Both the position numbers and the translations under genes were made by a program. Below, one piece after another: positions 38,885 to 52,304 of a stretch of 64,000 bases of DNA. This DNA comes from Macrostomum lignano (taxonomy: Eukaryota), in assembly GCA_002269645.1 (NCBI GenBank), contig NIVC01001774.1, positions 175,066 through 239,065 of the forward strand, given 5' to 3'. The notes beneath the pieces were generated by a model. The model saw only the letters and a list, made by a program, of their open reading frames with translations, did no database searches and had not been told where the DNA came from. Position 1 is the stretch's first letter, and every line of letters begins with the position of its first letter.

Positions 38885-39430
38885 CAGTGGCATAGCCAGG
38901 ATTTTCAATTGGGAGAGCGTATTTTGGGGCGCCAGCACCAAGGGGCGCCAGCACCAAGGGGCGCCAGCACCAAGGGGCGCCAGCACCAAGGGGCGCCAGC
39001 ACCAAGGGGCGCCAGCACCAAGGGGCGCCAGCACCAAGGGGCGCCAGCACCAAGGGGCGCCAGCACCAAGGGGCGCCAGCACCAAGGGGCGCCAGCACCA
39101 AGGGGCGCCAGCACCAAGGGGCGCCAGCACCAAGGGGCGCCAGCACCAAGGGGCGCCAGCACCAAGGGGCGCCAGCACCAAGGGGCGCCAGCACCAAGGG
39201 GCGCCAGCACCAAGGGGCGCCAGCACCAAGGGGCGCCAGCACCAAGGGGCGCCAGCACCAAGGGGCGCCAGCACCAAGGGGCGCCAACACCAAGAGGCGC
39301 CAGCACCAAGGGGCGCCAGCACCAAGGGGCGCCAGCACCAAGGGGCGCCAGCACCAAGGGGCGCCAGCACCAAGGGGCGCCAGCACCAAGGGGCGCCAGC
39401 ACCAAGGGGCGCCAGCACCAAGGTGCCCCC
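38885..39430 (+). repeat. 16-bp GC-rich minisatellite preceded by a transposon-end-like CAGTGGCATAGCCAGG
   Basis: Unit AGGGGCGCCAGCACCA from about 38925; no matching right TIR found. Confidence 0.9.
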
Positions 39431-41068
39431 TAGGCTAATTCATAATTTTGTCTATATGAGCTACTGCGGTCCGTATATTGTATGAAGTGCAGGAATTCAC
39501 TAGGAATGGAAGACTCAGTCAGTATGCAGCTAAGTGAGCACTCAGTCAGTAACAGTAGCAGAAAGAAATTGCTCAGACAAGGCAAACCTCTCTCTCCCAA
39601 TGCATAAAACAAGCATTAGCAATAGCCATAAAAGTGTTTTTGTTTAAATGGAGAGTTGTATAAAAGACACGCACTGGGCGGGGGTAGAGCTCATGTCGAC
39701 TTGAAATACCAGCTGCAATCCTCAGATCCTCAGATAGTGAAGGAAGCAAAGCGCTTGCTATAATATGGAGACAGTGGAAAACAAACATTTATAGTCGTCA
39801 ATCATTAAAATCCCGCGTTTAAGACTAGCTAACAGTGGAATAGCGGTTTCCATACTTGGTAATCCTTGTAGAGAGGAATCGACGAAAACTTCGGCGGAGA
39901 AAAAAATATGTTTTTTTGAAGAGGTTTGCAAGAGCGTTAGTGATGAGCAAACAGTGCTACGAGTCCAGTGTCCGCTGCTCCCAATACTATAGTAGTCGAT
40001 CTCCGCTCTCTGTCTCTGGCACTAGTGCTTAACTACAAGGGCTCTTCAGCGCTCAGGCTTCCACTTCTTCATTGGAACAATTTAAAACGGCGCGGCATTG
40101 ACCGACGAGTTGCGAGTTTCGCTGAGGGGCGGGAACTGTTGCGGCTTGCATTCTATTCTAAACTACTCATGTTTTACACGAGTCCCGATTGGCGCATGTT
40201 TTCCACTATAATGCTACGGGCGGCGGCAGCAATCGAAAAGAGAGAGAGAGGGGGAGAGGGCGGAGAGCAGGGGTTCAGGAGAGTGGGAGAATTCTCACTA
40301 GGGGGCGCGATCCCTTCACCTACAGCACCCCCCCCCGATACCCCTCTGCCGGCTGGAAGCTTGAGCACAGCAGCTGCTGCCGCTGTGTTTGAGAAGAAGA
40401 CTGGAGGGTCGGCTAGGGCGGAACTGCTGACACAGAGCTGAGCAAGTTTTATTGCGCAGCATTTTGGTAAACTCGCAGTAGTCAGCTGCTTAAAAACTCG
40501 CTGATTTCTCTACTGTCTTCCCTCAGCTGCGACTCCTGAGCCTCCCCCCGAGCAGCTCTTCAAAGTTTTTATCGCAGGGGTAGGAGGGGAGAATTGGGAG
40601 AGGCGGTTCGCGCGCCAATCTCAATGATATGTTTGTCTTTAATTTCGGTCGGGAAATATTCAAATTCTAATAGTGAGCTTGGGAGGTCGGAAAGGGGGTC
40701 GAGTCCCAAGGCCAAACTAGACTATAAGGGGTGGCCGATGCGGCCTCTGTTTACCCAGTTTGAAGAGGCCAAAGCACAAGGAAGAGACACTGCAATGGGT
40801 TGCTTTGCTGGGCTAAACCACTTTTTGTGTTTTTTTTTCCCAAAACTGCCTTTCCATGCGGGTTCCTTGTGCTGTGGGAAAAGTTTACACCGAGCACTGG
40901 CTGAGCAAGCAGAGGGAAGCGGTGCGTTTATTTAACGGAGAGAAAATGGACAAGAGGTTGGTCATGATTTTACCAGTATGTACTCGAGAATGGGCACCGC
41001 CAGAGTCATTTTATCACATTCTCGGACACCCTGTCTATAGTGCGATCAATGACTAGCCACATAATATC

Positions 41069-41380
41069 GACCTCACTCCGAAATGTACACTGACAAAAGC
41101 AATTGTGTCTATCATCAGCCTTCCTCTCTAACCCATTAGCGCCCACCTCACTCCGCAATGTACACTGACAAAAGCAATTGTGTCTATCATCAGCCTTCCT
41201 CTCTAACCCAGCTGCGCCCACCTCACTCCGCAATGTACACTGACAAAAGCAATTGTGTCTATCATCAGCCTTCCTCTCTAACCCATTAGCGCCCACCTCA
41301 CTCCGCAATGTACACTGACAAAAGCAATTGTGTCTATCATCAGCCTTCCTCTCTAACCCATTAGCGCCCACCTCACTCCA
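41069..41380. repeat. 75-bp tandem repeat, about 4 copies
   Basis: Unit starts at 41069, 41144, 41219 and 41294. Confidence 0.96.
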
Positions 41381-41529
41381 CTATTGATCCGATTTAGATG
41401 TTTTAGGAGCCCTCCCCGAAGGGGGCGCAAATGACTAGTCCACATATACTAAGCAAAGCGTATGCAAAGCGTAGCACACAGTCACCTTCTCTGCTTCAAT
41501 TGCATTGCAGGCAACAGTAAGTGCAGCAA

Positions 41530-44500
41530 ATGTCGTTGCTGCTGCCGCTCCTGGCGGGACTGTTCCTGACGCCGAGCCTCACAGTTCTCACCTCGGCCGT
41601 ACTGCTGCAAGAGACACTAAGCTTCGATGAGAAACAGCCGCCCAGCACTCTGGTTGGCAGCCTGCGCCCGCCATTGAGGCGCTACCTCACCGACTCCGAA
41701 TTGGCAAACGTCTCCCTGACGCGCCTGTCTGCCAACCAGCCGGGTGCGAGCCTCTTCGACATCCGGCAAGATGGCGGAGTGTATACCGGCCGTCTGACGC
41801 TCGATCGAGACCGGCTGTGCAACACGGACGGCCTCTGCTGCGAACCCGACATGCGACAGCTGGGCGACCTGGCCGTGTGCGAGTTCAAGCAGCTGGTGGT
41901 GGCTACGCACAGCGCTGGCTCACCGGTTACTCTGGAGCTGACTCTACAGCTCAGAGATCTCAACGACCATTCGCCGGCATTCTCTGCCGATAAGTACGTA
42001 GTGCACTTCCGCGAAACTGACCAGATAGATCAACTGGTGCTGCTCCCGTTGGCTATTGACGCTGACTGGGGTAGAAACGGCATCGTGAGCTACCGGCTGC
42101 GAGAGCCAAGCGACTTCTTCAAGCTGCAGGAGGTGCGAAAAGGCGACAAGATCACCGAGCTGCGGCTGCTGAACCGGCAGCCGCTAGACCGCGAGTCCAG
42201 CGCGTGGCACAGCCTGCACCTAGTGGCCGAGGACGGCGGCAGGAAGTCCGGTGCCACATTAATCAATGTCACGATTGATGATGTCAACGATTGCAGCCCG
42301 GAGTTTGTTAACGGTAGCCAGGTGTCTGTCGACGTGCCCGAAGACAAGCGCGAACGCTCCGTGGTGGCCAGCGTTCTGGCTACGGACAAGGACGAAGGAC
42401 AGAACGGCCGGGTGAGCTACAGGCTGCGCCAGGGCCAGTCGGGGCAGCCCTCGGCGCTGCTTTTCGGAGTCGACGCCCACACCGGTCGCATTTGGCTCTA
42501 CCGGCCACTCACCTTCTGGCCCCAGCGGCCGGCGAGCAACTGGCACGACCTCACCGTGGTGGCGTTCGACCACGGCTCGCCAAGTCGGTCAGCCGAGATC
42601 ACCGTCCGCATTCGCGTGCTGGACGTCAACAACCACGCGCCAAGCATCAACGTGCAGAGCCTCCTTGCCGGGCCGGCGGGAGCCGCTGCCTCGACTGATC
42701 CGGTTGTCCACGTGCTGGAGAATCAGCAGTATGGTGCTCAGCGACCCATAGCTTCGTTGCACTCGCAAGATCAGGACGACGCTGAGAATGGCCGAGTCCG
42801 GTGCGACCTGAAGTCGGGCGCGGACATGTTCGGCCTGCAGCTCATCAGCCAGATGAAAACTGGCGACTGCATCTACCATCTACTGGCGCTGCAGACCTTT
42901 GACAGAGAAGCCGTGGCGCGTCACACTGTCACAGTGCGGTGCTCCGACCAGGGGCAGCCGGCGCAGCACCGCGAGTTAGTCATCCGTGTTGAGGTCGACG
43001 ACGTGAATGACTCACCGCCGGTGTGGCCGAGCTCCGCACCGATGTCGCTAGCCGTTCTGGAGAATCAGCCGACTGGGGCGCCGCTCGGCTTCGCCCGCGC
43101 CGAAGACGCCGACGTTGGGCCGAACGCGGTCATCGAGTACCGCCTGGAGCCGCCGGAGATCCTGGCGGACCTGGCCATCGACCCTGCGAGCGGCCAGCTG
43201 ACCACCGCTCGGTCCTTCGATCGAGAGACGCAGGCCAGCCTGTCGTTCCGCGTCGTGGCGGTCAATCCAGCTCCGCCCGGGTTCTCTGCCACCGCGGAGG
43301 CGAGCCTCCGGATTCTGGACGAGAACGACAACCAGCCGATTGTGACTGAGGACACGCCTAGGACGGTCACAGTGTCGGAGGGCGCCCCGGTCGGCACGGT
43401 GGTCACCCGGATCAACGCTACGGACGCAGACGAAGGTCCGCAACGTTTTCGATTCACAATCAAGAGTGGCGGCGGCGGGAAATTTGTCGTCCGCAACAAC
43501 GGCGAGATCGCACTGTCGGGCCAGCTGGACCGGGAGCTCACCGCTGAGCACCAGCTGCTCATTGGGGTGGCCGACTCTGGCGTGCCCAGCCAGCGGACCG
43601 AGTTCCGTCTCACCGTGCTGGTCGGGGACATTAACGACTCGCCGCCAAGATTTGTCTTCCCGCCGGCTGAGAGGCCTGGCCCGCCACATCAGGTGAGAGG
43701 CAGCTGGGAGATAGTAGTGGCGGGGAAGCTGACTTCATGACAGTTTCATTCAGAAAAAATTTACGATGTCACGATGATGTCACGATTATAATTCCGTCAA
43801 ATGCTGTCACGATGCTTCCAGGAAACTTTTGTACAAGCATTTTTGTACCGCTCCACCCCAACCTGCGCAGGTGAACATCTCAATCAACCAGATTCCCGGC
43901 AATCCTGTCGCCACCATCATCGCACACGACGACGACACGGGACAGAACGGCAACGTCACCTACCGGCTGCTACGGTCGGTTTCTGGCAGCGCGCCCGCGC
44001 CTGCCTCTTCGTCGGGTTCAGCTGCCGGCGCCGAGACGCCGACTGACTTCGCCGACTATTTCAACCTGGAGCCGCTGACCGGCAGGCTGCTTCTGCGGCG
44101 ACGCCTCCAAGGCGTCCCCGCTGCCGACGGCTGCCTCGGCGGCGGGTCCGGCCGCCTGCTGCGGTTGGAAGCGTCCGACCAAGGACAGCCGCCTCTGAAG
44201 CGGGTGACTCAGCTACGAATCTGCGCCGTCAATGACATTAGCGACGGAGGCAGAGGTGCCGGCGGTGGCAACGGCAGCCCGCCATCGTCGTCCGGGCAGG
44301 ACGGGCGCACGTGGCCTGGCGCCGGCGGCAGCGGCGGAAACGGCGGAGTTTTTAACGGCGGCGATTTGTCTAGCGCGATCGTGCTGCTGACTGCCGGCCT
44401 GGCCATTCTCGTGCTGCTGGCACTCATCCTGTCCGTGGTGTTCCTCATTGTGAGGCGGCGGGCTGAGGGGTCCTCTGCTGCCGGCGGCGCGTCTGCTGGA

Positions 44501-47500
44501 GTGGGGCGGGGTGAGTGAGAATAGGGTGGGGTGAGTGAGAATAGGGTGGGGTGAGTGAGAATAGGGTGGGGTGAGTGAGAATAGGGTGGGGTGAGTGAGA
44601 ATAGGGTGGGGTGAGTGAGAATAGGGTGGGGTGAGTGAGAATAGGGTGGGGTGAGTGAGAATAGGGTGGGGTGAGTGAGAATAGGGTGGGGTGAGTGAGA
44701 ATAGGGTGGGGTAGGTGATAAGAGGAGGGGGCAAGTGAGGCAGGGATTAAGGGTGAGTGAGGCAGGGATTAAGGGTGAGTGAGGCAAGGATTAAGGGTGA
44801 GTGAGGCAGGGATTAAGGGTGAATAAGGCTGGGATTAAGGGCAAGTGAGGCAGGGATTAAGGGTGAGTGAGGCAGGGATTAAGGGTGAGTGAGGCAAGGA
44901 TTAAGGGTGAGTGAGGCAGGGATTAAGGGTGAGTGAGGCAGGGATTAAGGGTGAGTGAGGCAAGGATTAAGGGTGAGTGAGGCAGGGATTAAGGGTGAAT
45001 AAGGCTGGGATTAAGGGTGAGTGAGGCAGGGATTAAGGGTGAATAAGGCTGGGATTAAGGGTGAGTGAGGCAGGGATTAAGGGTGAGTGAGGCAGGGATT
45101 AAGGGTGAGTGAGGCAGGGATTAAGGGTGAGTGAGGCAGGGATTAAGGGTGAATAAGGCTGGGATTAAGGGTGAGTGAGGCAGGGATTAAGGGTGAGTGA
45201 GGCTGGGATTAAGGGTGAGTGAGGCAAGGATTAAGGGTGAGTGAGGCAGGGATTAAGGGTGAATAAGGCTGGGATTAAGGGTGAGTGAGGCAGGGATTAA
45301 GGGTGAATAAGGCTGGGATTAAGGGTGAGTGAGGCAGGGATTAAGGGTGAATAAGGCTGGGATTAAGGGTGAGTGAGGCAGGGATTAAGGGTGAATAAGG
45401 CTGGGATTAAGGGTGAGTGAGGCAGGGATTAAGGGTGAGTGAGGCAGGGATTAAGGGTGAATAAGGCTGGGATTAAGGGTGAGTGAGGCAGGGATTAAGG
45501 GTGAGTGAGGCTGGGATTAAGGGTGAGGAAGCTGGAACTCAGGGTGAGTGAGGCAGGGATTAAGGGTGAGTGAGGCAGGGATTACGGGTGAGTGAGGCAG
45601 GGATTAAGGTTGAGTGAGGCAGGGACTCAGGGTGAGGAGGCTGGGATGAGGCACACTGAAGCGATTAGGCTGAAGACTGCCTGGGTTATGACGCAACGCG
45701 GGCCACTCCAAGGCCAAGAATGAAGTGTGCATTCAGCTTAGCATAGAGTGGGGCTTTTACGTGCCAAAAGAAATAAAAAGGATCCGTCAAGTAAAACGAT
45801 GCGGACAGGAGCCGGGGGGGGGGGCTGAGCAGGGCAGGCAGATAATGAAGGCGCGGAGGACTCAACGGAAACTCAAAGGACTGAAATCGGAAATGTTTGC
45901 CAAGAGGCCTGGAATGGAGACTACCCCAACCGGCCCAGCTGGGCTCGGGGCGTGAAACTCTCGGCAGTCATCATGTCGGAATGCCGAGTCCAGCGCCCGC
46001 GATCAGAAGAAGCTCGCGATTTTCGAGGCCCCTCTCAAGTGGACCGACTGAGCTGGGTGGGATTTTGGCACCGCGGGGAGCAGAGTAGGGGGTGTTGAGG
46101 TGATTGAGAATGGCCTGGTTAGGCTCCCCGGGCTGTCAGTTTATTTAGTTGAACGAACAAGGGAAGACACAACTTCCTGTTCGTGGGGGGGGGGGGCTGT
46201 TCGGCTGATTGAAGTTCAACTAGACTCACGTTTGGGAGCAAGCTTTTTTATCCGATTTTTGTAACTCGCTAACTGACGCTTTGGGGGCGCTAGTAGGGAC
46301 AATGAGAGGGGCGCTAGCAGGGACAATGAGAGGGGCGCTAACAGGGGCGCTGAGAGGGGCGCTAGCAGGGGCGCTGAGAGGGACGCTAGCAGGGACAATG
46401 AGAGGGGCGCTAGCAGAGACAATGAGAGGGGCGCTAGCAGAGACAATGAGAGGGGCGCTAGCAGGGGCGCTGAGAGGGGCGCTAGCAGAGACAATGAGAG
46501 GGGCGCTAGCAGAGACAATGAGAGGGGCGCTAGCAGGGACAATGAGAGGGGCGCTAGCAGAGACAATGAGAGGGGCGCTAGCAGGGACAATGAGAGGGGC
46601 GCTAGCAGGAACAATGAGAAGGGCGCTAGCAGAGACAATGAGAGGAGCGCTAGCAGGGACAATGAGAGGGGCGCTAGCAGGAACAATGAGAAGGGCGCTA
46701 GCAGGGACAATGAGAAGGGCGCTAGCAGGGACAATGAGAAGGGCGCTAGCAGGGGCGCTGAGAGGGCGCTAAGAACATGAGCTTCAGTAGAGGCACTGAT
46801 TGAAATAAAAAATCAGAGATCAAACCGCGATTCCACAGCAGCGTCCTCCGAAAAAAAAAGATTCAAAGTTGTGCCTTGACATGCGTGCCTCGATTCCCTC
46901 GTTTCGCTTCTCTTATTGTTCTCATTTATCGCTGGATCTAGTCCCATACTCGTATGATCAGTAGTCTGATTTTTCATAGCTTCTCTCTGAGTGAAAGCCT
47001 GGGTGAAATCGCATTTCTCAATCCAAGTAAATCTGTCTGATCAGTGCAGTTCAGGTTACCCTTGCGTGCGCAATATCATCTTACTCGCTGGGCCCTTTCC
47101 CTCAGCCCCCCCCCCTCTCTCCCGTATTATCCTGTTGCGCAAGATGCCAATACTGATAGGGGATCAGCAGCGGCAGATCCATGGGAATAGCTTTGCCTTT
47201 GTCTCGCGGAGGCAGATGAGGAAGGCGTGTGTAGCTGTTAACTCAATCAGCCAGTTGAAATGCCACACTATATACTCACTAGGGCCTGCAGGCCTGCTTT
47301 CTCATTAATTCAATTCATCCCTCTAATCCGTTCTGCTCTTCCTTTTATCCAACCCCTGGCGATGCCCCCATTCCAAGGATAAAACAAGCCTTACTAGTCA
47401 AACTGAGCGTCACCGCGTGTAGTGCGGGATGCAGCTGGATAAAATATTAGCCCTGCCCACCTGCCACTTCCTTCATCGCGGATTGCAAATATTCGTCGTT

Positions 47501-49756
47501 ACTGAATCCTGAGACAGCTTTTTGAGTCGAAAAATTAATTAACTCACTAGGCGAAAACCTGAGCTGCTCTCTTAGAAAAAACGACTAAAGAGAGAATTAG
47601 CCGCTTGACTGGACAGAATCTGATCAAAACTGCTCTTGTTCAGTTAATTCTTTGATAACTCTGCCGTTGGTTCTGGCACTGAATCAATTTTTTCTTTGAG
47701 GTGTGTTTTCAATTACTCAAGTAAATTCTCCCCTCACTGCATTCTGCCTCATGCCAGATGTCCAAGGATTATCCAGCAAGAACATCAGCCTGCCTAGCTA
47801 CGATCCGGTACTGAAGGTCTCTGGAGACAACGCCCTGAGCAGCCTGCACGGATATCCGGCTCAGTCAATGGTTAGCGTTTGTGAAATTTGCCATGAGACT
47901 CGCGGTCTAGAGATACCTCAGTCTTCAAAGAAACCTCACTCCGTAAAGACCTCTTACTCTGCAAAGACACATCACTCTGTAAAGACATCTCACTCTGCAA
48001 AGACACATCACTCTGTAAAGACACCTCACTCCGAAAAGACACCTCACTCTGCAAAGACATCTCACTCTGCAAAGACACATCACTCTGCAAAGACACCTCA
48101 CTCTGTAAAGACACCTCACTCTGCAAAGACACCTCACTCCACAAAGACACCTCACTCTGCAAAGACACATCACTCTGCAAAGACACCTCACTCCACAAAG
48201 ACACCTCACTCTGCAAAGACACCTCACTCTGCAAAGACATCTCACTCTGCAAAGACATCTCACTCTGCAAAGACACCTCACTCTGCAAAGACACCTCACT
48301 CTGCAAAGACACCTCACTCTGCAAAGACACCTCACTCTGTAAAGACACATCACTCTGCAAATACACCTCACTCTTCCAAAGACACCTCACTCTGCAAAGA
48401 CACCTCACTCTTCCAAAGACACCTCACTCTGTAAAGACATCTCACTCTGCAAATACACCTCACTCTGTAAAGACACCTCACTCCACAAAGACACCTCACT
48501 CTGCAAAGACACCTCACTCTGTAAAGACACCTCATTCTGCAAAGACACCTCACTCTGCAAAGACACCTCACTCTGCAAAGACATCTCACTCTGCAAAGAC
48601 ACCTCACTCCACAAAGACACCTCACTCTGCAAAGACACCTCACTCTGTAAAGACACCTCATTCTGCAAAGACACCTCACCCTGCAAAGACACCTCACTCT
48701 TCCAAAGACACCTCACTCTGTAAAGACACCTCACTTTGCAAAGACACCTCACTCTGCAAAGACACCTCACTCTGCAAAGACACCTCACTCTGCAAAGACA
48801 CCTCACTCTGTAAAGACACCTCACTCTGCAAAGACACCTCACTCTGCAAAGACACCTCACTCCGAAAACACACCTCACTCTGCAAAGACACGACACTTCA
48901 TTAAAGACACCTCACATCGTAGACACCCCAAATCCGTTTTCGCAATTCCCCCTTCAGCTCTCTCTCTCTCAACCTTCGCAGCACATGTCACTCAGCAAGA
49001 ACCGGCGCAAGCGAGGCCTTGAGCTGGAGCAGCTCGAGCTTGAAGCCAGCGAGAAGATGCTGTCCTCAGCAGCCAGTCGACCCGACGTTGCCCAGGGAGC
49101 GCCTGTCGAGGCGATGCGGCGAGGCACGGATCCAGGTGATCCGGGCGTTGATGTTAAGCTGATGAACCGGAAAAGATAGAAAGAAGAGGGACAGATAGCA
49201 GGACTCCAGAATCTCGAGTCTACCTACCCAGTTAAAGAGAACTAGACTACAGCAATCTAATTAGTGGAGGCAAACAAATAAAGGAATGAATATTTTTGGA
49301 AAAAATTCACCATTCCTGTCGATTTTGCCAGGCTTCCTTGACCAACGCGGCTACTTCAGCGGCGCGGTCAGCCAGTCGGACGAAAATCTGTTCCGAGATG
49401 TCGGCGTCGCGGCTGCTGGCGGTTCGTCCGCTACAATGCATCGCCGGCAGCCACCGCAGCAGCAACAGCAGCAGCAGCAGCAGCAAAGACGTCAGACGAG
49501 GCAGCAACAGCAGCAGCATCCGGCTGACATGTACAGTATTCCCATGCCACCGCTACTGCAGGGGGCCGGTGCCATCATAGGATCGGCAACGGGATCTCGG
49601 GATCAGCTGCGCTCCAAACAGCCGCTGAACTACACACAGCTTACCAGCCTGTCCCAGCCAGTGTGCCAGGACTATGCCAATCCGGTGACCTCTTTGGCCA
49701 CCATAAATAGCAATCGACCGGCCCGCTTGCCCTACGATCATGTTAGCGACGTCTGA
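41530..49756 (+). CDS. Protocadherin with 7 extracellular cadherin repeats (delta-1-like architecture); exons 41530-43692, 43871-44510, 47758-47870, 48982-49135, 49332-49756
   Basis: Signal peptide; LDRDRLC...CC in EC1; six DxNDxxP linkers plus a seventh repeat; TM segment SAIVLLTAGLAILVLLALILSVVFLIV followed by RRR. All four GT-AG joins are phase-compatible (0,1,0,1). The three cytoplasmic exons are supported by phase only. Confidence 0.88.
44511..45650 (+). repeat. 20-bp then 22-bp G-rich minisatellites containing the donor hexamer GTGAGT
   Basis: GTGAGTGAGAATAGGGTGGG about x10 starting exactly at the donor, then GTGAGTGAGGCAGGGATTAAGG. Confidence 0.96.
46282..46770. repeat. About 24-bp minisatellite
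   Basis: Unit GGGCGCTAGCAGGGACAATGAGAG. Confidence 0.95.
47930..48900. repeat. 18-bp minisatellite filling protocadherin intron 3
   Basis: Unit CACTCTGCAAAGACACCT. Confidence 0.96.
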
Positions 49757-50225
49757 GCTGAACTTCGCATTTTCTAATTCTCTCTGCTGTCTGACGCACG
49801 TTTCTTCTTTGACTAGCAACGGATACAAATAAAAGCTAAATGGGCCAGAAACTGTACTTTTAGGTTGGGTGGCGTAGCGCGCTGAACCTCTCCGACGTCG
49901 CAAAATCTCTAACCCCCGTCCCGCCGCCGCATTTTAATGCCTTCTCTTCATTGGTCCAGCCAGCCTAATGCTGTCATGTACATTTCAGTTGGCGCTGGCT
50001 AATGTACATTGCGGCTGCAACAATAGCAACAGCAAGTTAAATTGTCGATTTGCAAGTCTGCAAGTCACTCTAAACTGCTACATAAAATAGCTCACAATTT
50101 CTTCTTTGCTACTGATTGAAAGTAGAAAAACTATTTTAACAACATGGCAATATGCCTAAGCGGCCCATCTTGCTTTTATAGGATCTGTGATTGAGACTAT
50201 GTCTAGACACAATCGCCTTCTTCGT

Positions 50226-50365
50226 TCTGATTGGCTGCCAATTTGAGTAGCAGCCACCTCTCTCACCCCGTCCTTCCTTTCTCTTTTTTCTGATTGGCTG
50301 CCAATTTAAGTTGCAGCCACCTCTCTTACTCGTCCTTCCAATCCCTCTTTTCTGATTGGCTGCCA
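50226..50365. repeat. About 62-bp degenerate tandem repeat, each unit starting TCTGATTGGCTGCCA (inverted CCAAT box)
   Basis: Motif at 50226, 50289 and 50351. Confidence 0.75.
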
Positions 50366-50904
50366 GTTTAATCGTTAGCTTCATCCGCAAGCGCGTTAAC
50401 GGCTTTGTTCGAGCTACTTGTATTCGAGACTATTTGATATTTTACTATTGCAATAAACTACTCGTAATTTCTTTATTTGATTCATATTCCAAGGAACTCA
50501 TGAGCTACGCGCATTCATCTGATTCACTGATTCAGTTCGCGCATTCATCTGAAGCCTTAATTGTTTTATTTTTTTGTTTGTTCTGTAAATTGCCCACCGA
50601 CCATAAGTTAATGATGCGGATTTGCTGCCTAAGCCTTGTTTTTATAGCACAGTATACGAGCGTATATCGCAGTATTTTCATCATTAATTTACGTTAACTC
50701 ACTTCTATTTTTTACCTTAGCTAGTCAGTGTTTATTTACGTAAACAATACAAGTTTGCTTACTTTTTATAATTACGTTTTGCACTTCGTTTTTGTCTACT
50801 TAATGCTTGCCATATTTAAAAAATGCATTGAAATTCCTCTGAAACTATAAAATTTTTCTTTGAAAGGCTGGCAATGCTTCAATAAAATTATCTAAAATTC
50901 ATCA

Positions 50905-50963
<59 letters not shown>

Positions 50964-50964
50964 G

Positions 50965-51035
<71 letters not shown>

Positions 51036-51048
51036 GTGTCTGTCTGTG

Positions 51049-51147
<99 letters not shown>

Positions 51148-51172
51148 GTGTCTGTCTGTCTGTCTGTCTGTG

Positions 51173-51240
<68 letters not shown>
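50905..51240. repeat. (TCTG)n microsatellite
   Basis: Read directly from the sequence. Confidence 0.98.
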
Positions 51241-51924
51241 AATATGAATTTCGGGATTCTGATAAATTTTTACCTCGGTGCTAATGCAGTGTTCAACCAA
51301 AAGCAGCTGCATGTTTTCATCAGTTCAGCTCGAAATCAAATTACCCTTCCGATGCTTAAAAGAATCGTGAGCTTTGAGAATCGACTGAAACAGTTTTTCC
51401 CAGTGACCGGAGTTCGTTGTTTTCCAAGGCCTTTATTACATTATTCAGAAGTAGTGCGCATGCACAGCAAAAAAATTCTATAATAGCTAGGAACGGGATA
51501 TTTGCAAGTCTGATTAATCCCTTGAATTCCGCTGCCAAGCGCTGCTCCCCTACTAAACAAGTTAGGATCGTATTTAAACTATTATTTTGTTCCAAATGAT
51601 CCCACATACGAGAGCTACTTTTTGGACGCATGATCTTACACATACATTCCGCATATTACTCTATGCATGTTTGAAGCCAAGCCGGGAAGTCAGACATCGA
51701 GGCCGTTCAACAGCACAACAACTCGTCGTTTTGTCATTTCGTCGTTCGTATTATTTTTAGCCAAAATTATGACATTATGTTAAGCTTCTTAACTATACCT
51801 TCTGCCTTTTATTGCATGAACGAACGTGTCTCTGGAGTTTATAACTACGACAACTAAGGTTGTTGCTATATGTACAAAAGATCGATAATATAGTACACAT
51901 GGACAAACTGGAGTTGTACAGATG

Positions 51925-52304
51925 GAGCCTCTTCATATCGCCGGTTCGAAAAACGGAACCGGTTCCGAACCGGTTCGACGCTCTTCATATCGATGGTTCG
52001 AAAAACAGAATCAGTTCCGGAACATGGTTCTGGTTCTAGAATATGGTTCGAGAAATTTTCTCGATCCGTTGCCATGTTTACACTTTAACAGTAAAATATA
52101 TTTGAAATCGTCAATTTTTATTATTGTTATATAATTATTCCTTCTTTGTCATATCCAAGAGGAAACAAAGTAAAAAAAACGACAAAATTAAATTGTAAAG
52201 ACTGTCAAACATAAAATGGGTTCGAAGCTCCTCATTTCACACTGGTTCTGGTTCTAGAACTCGAATTTATTCTGGTTCTAGAACCGATTGCCATGAAGAG
52301 GCTC
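51925..52304. mobile_element. 380-bp MITE with 12-bp perfect TIRs and 3-bp flanking duplication (PIF/Harbinger-like)
   Basis: GAGCCTCTTCAT at 51925-51936 and ATGAAGAGGCTC at 52293-52304; ATG on both flanks; internal GGTTC/GAACC subterminal repeats. Confidence 0.8.

Noticed and set aside
44730-45650. Interstitial telomere (TTAAGGG words)
   Set aside because: Not tandem TTAGGG; the word is one part of a 22-bp unit.
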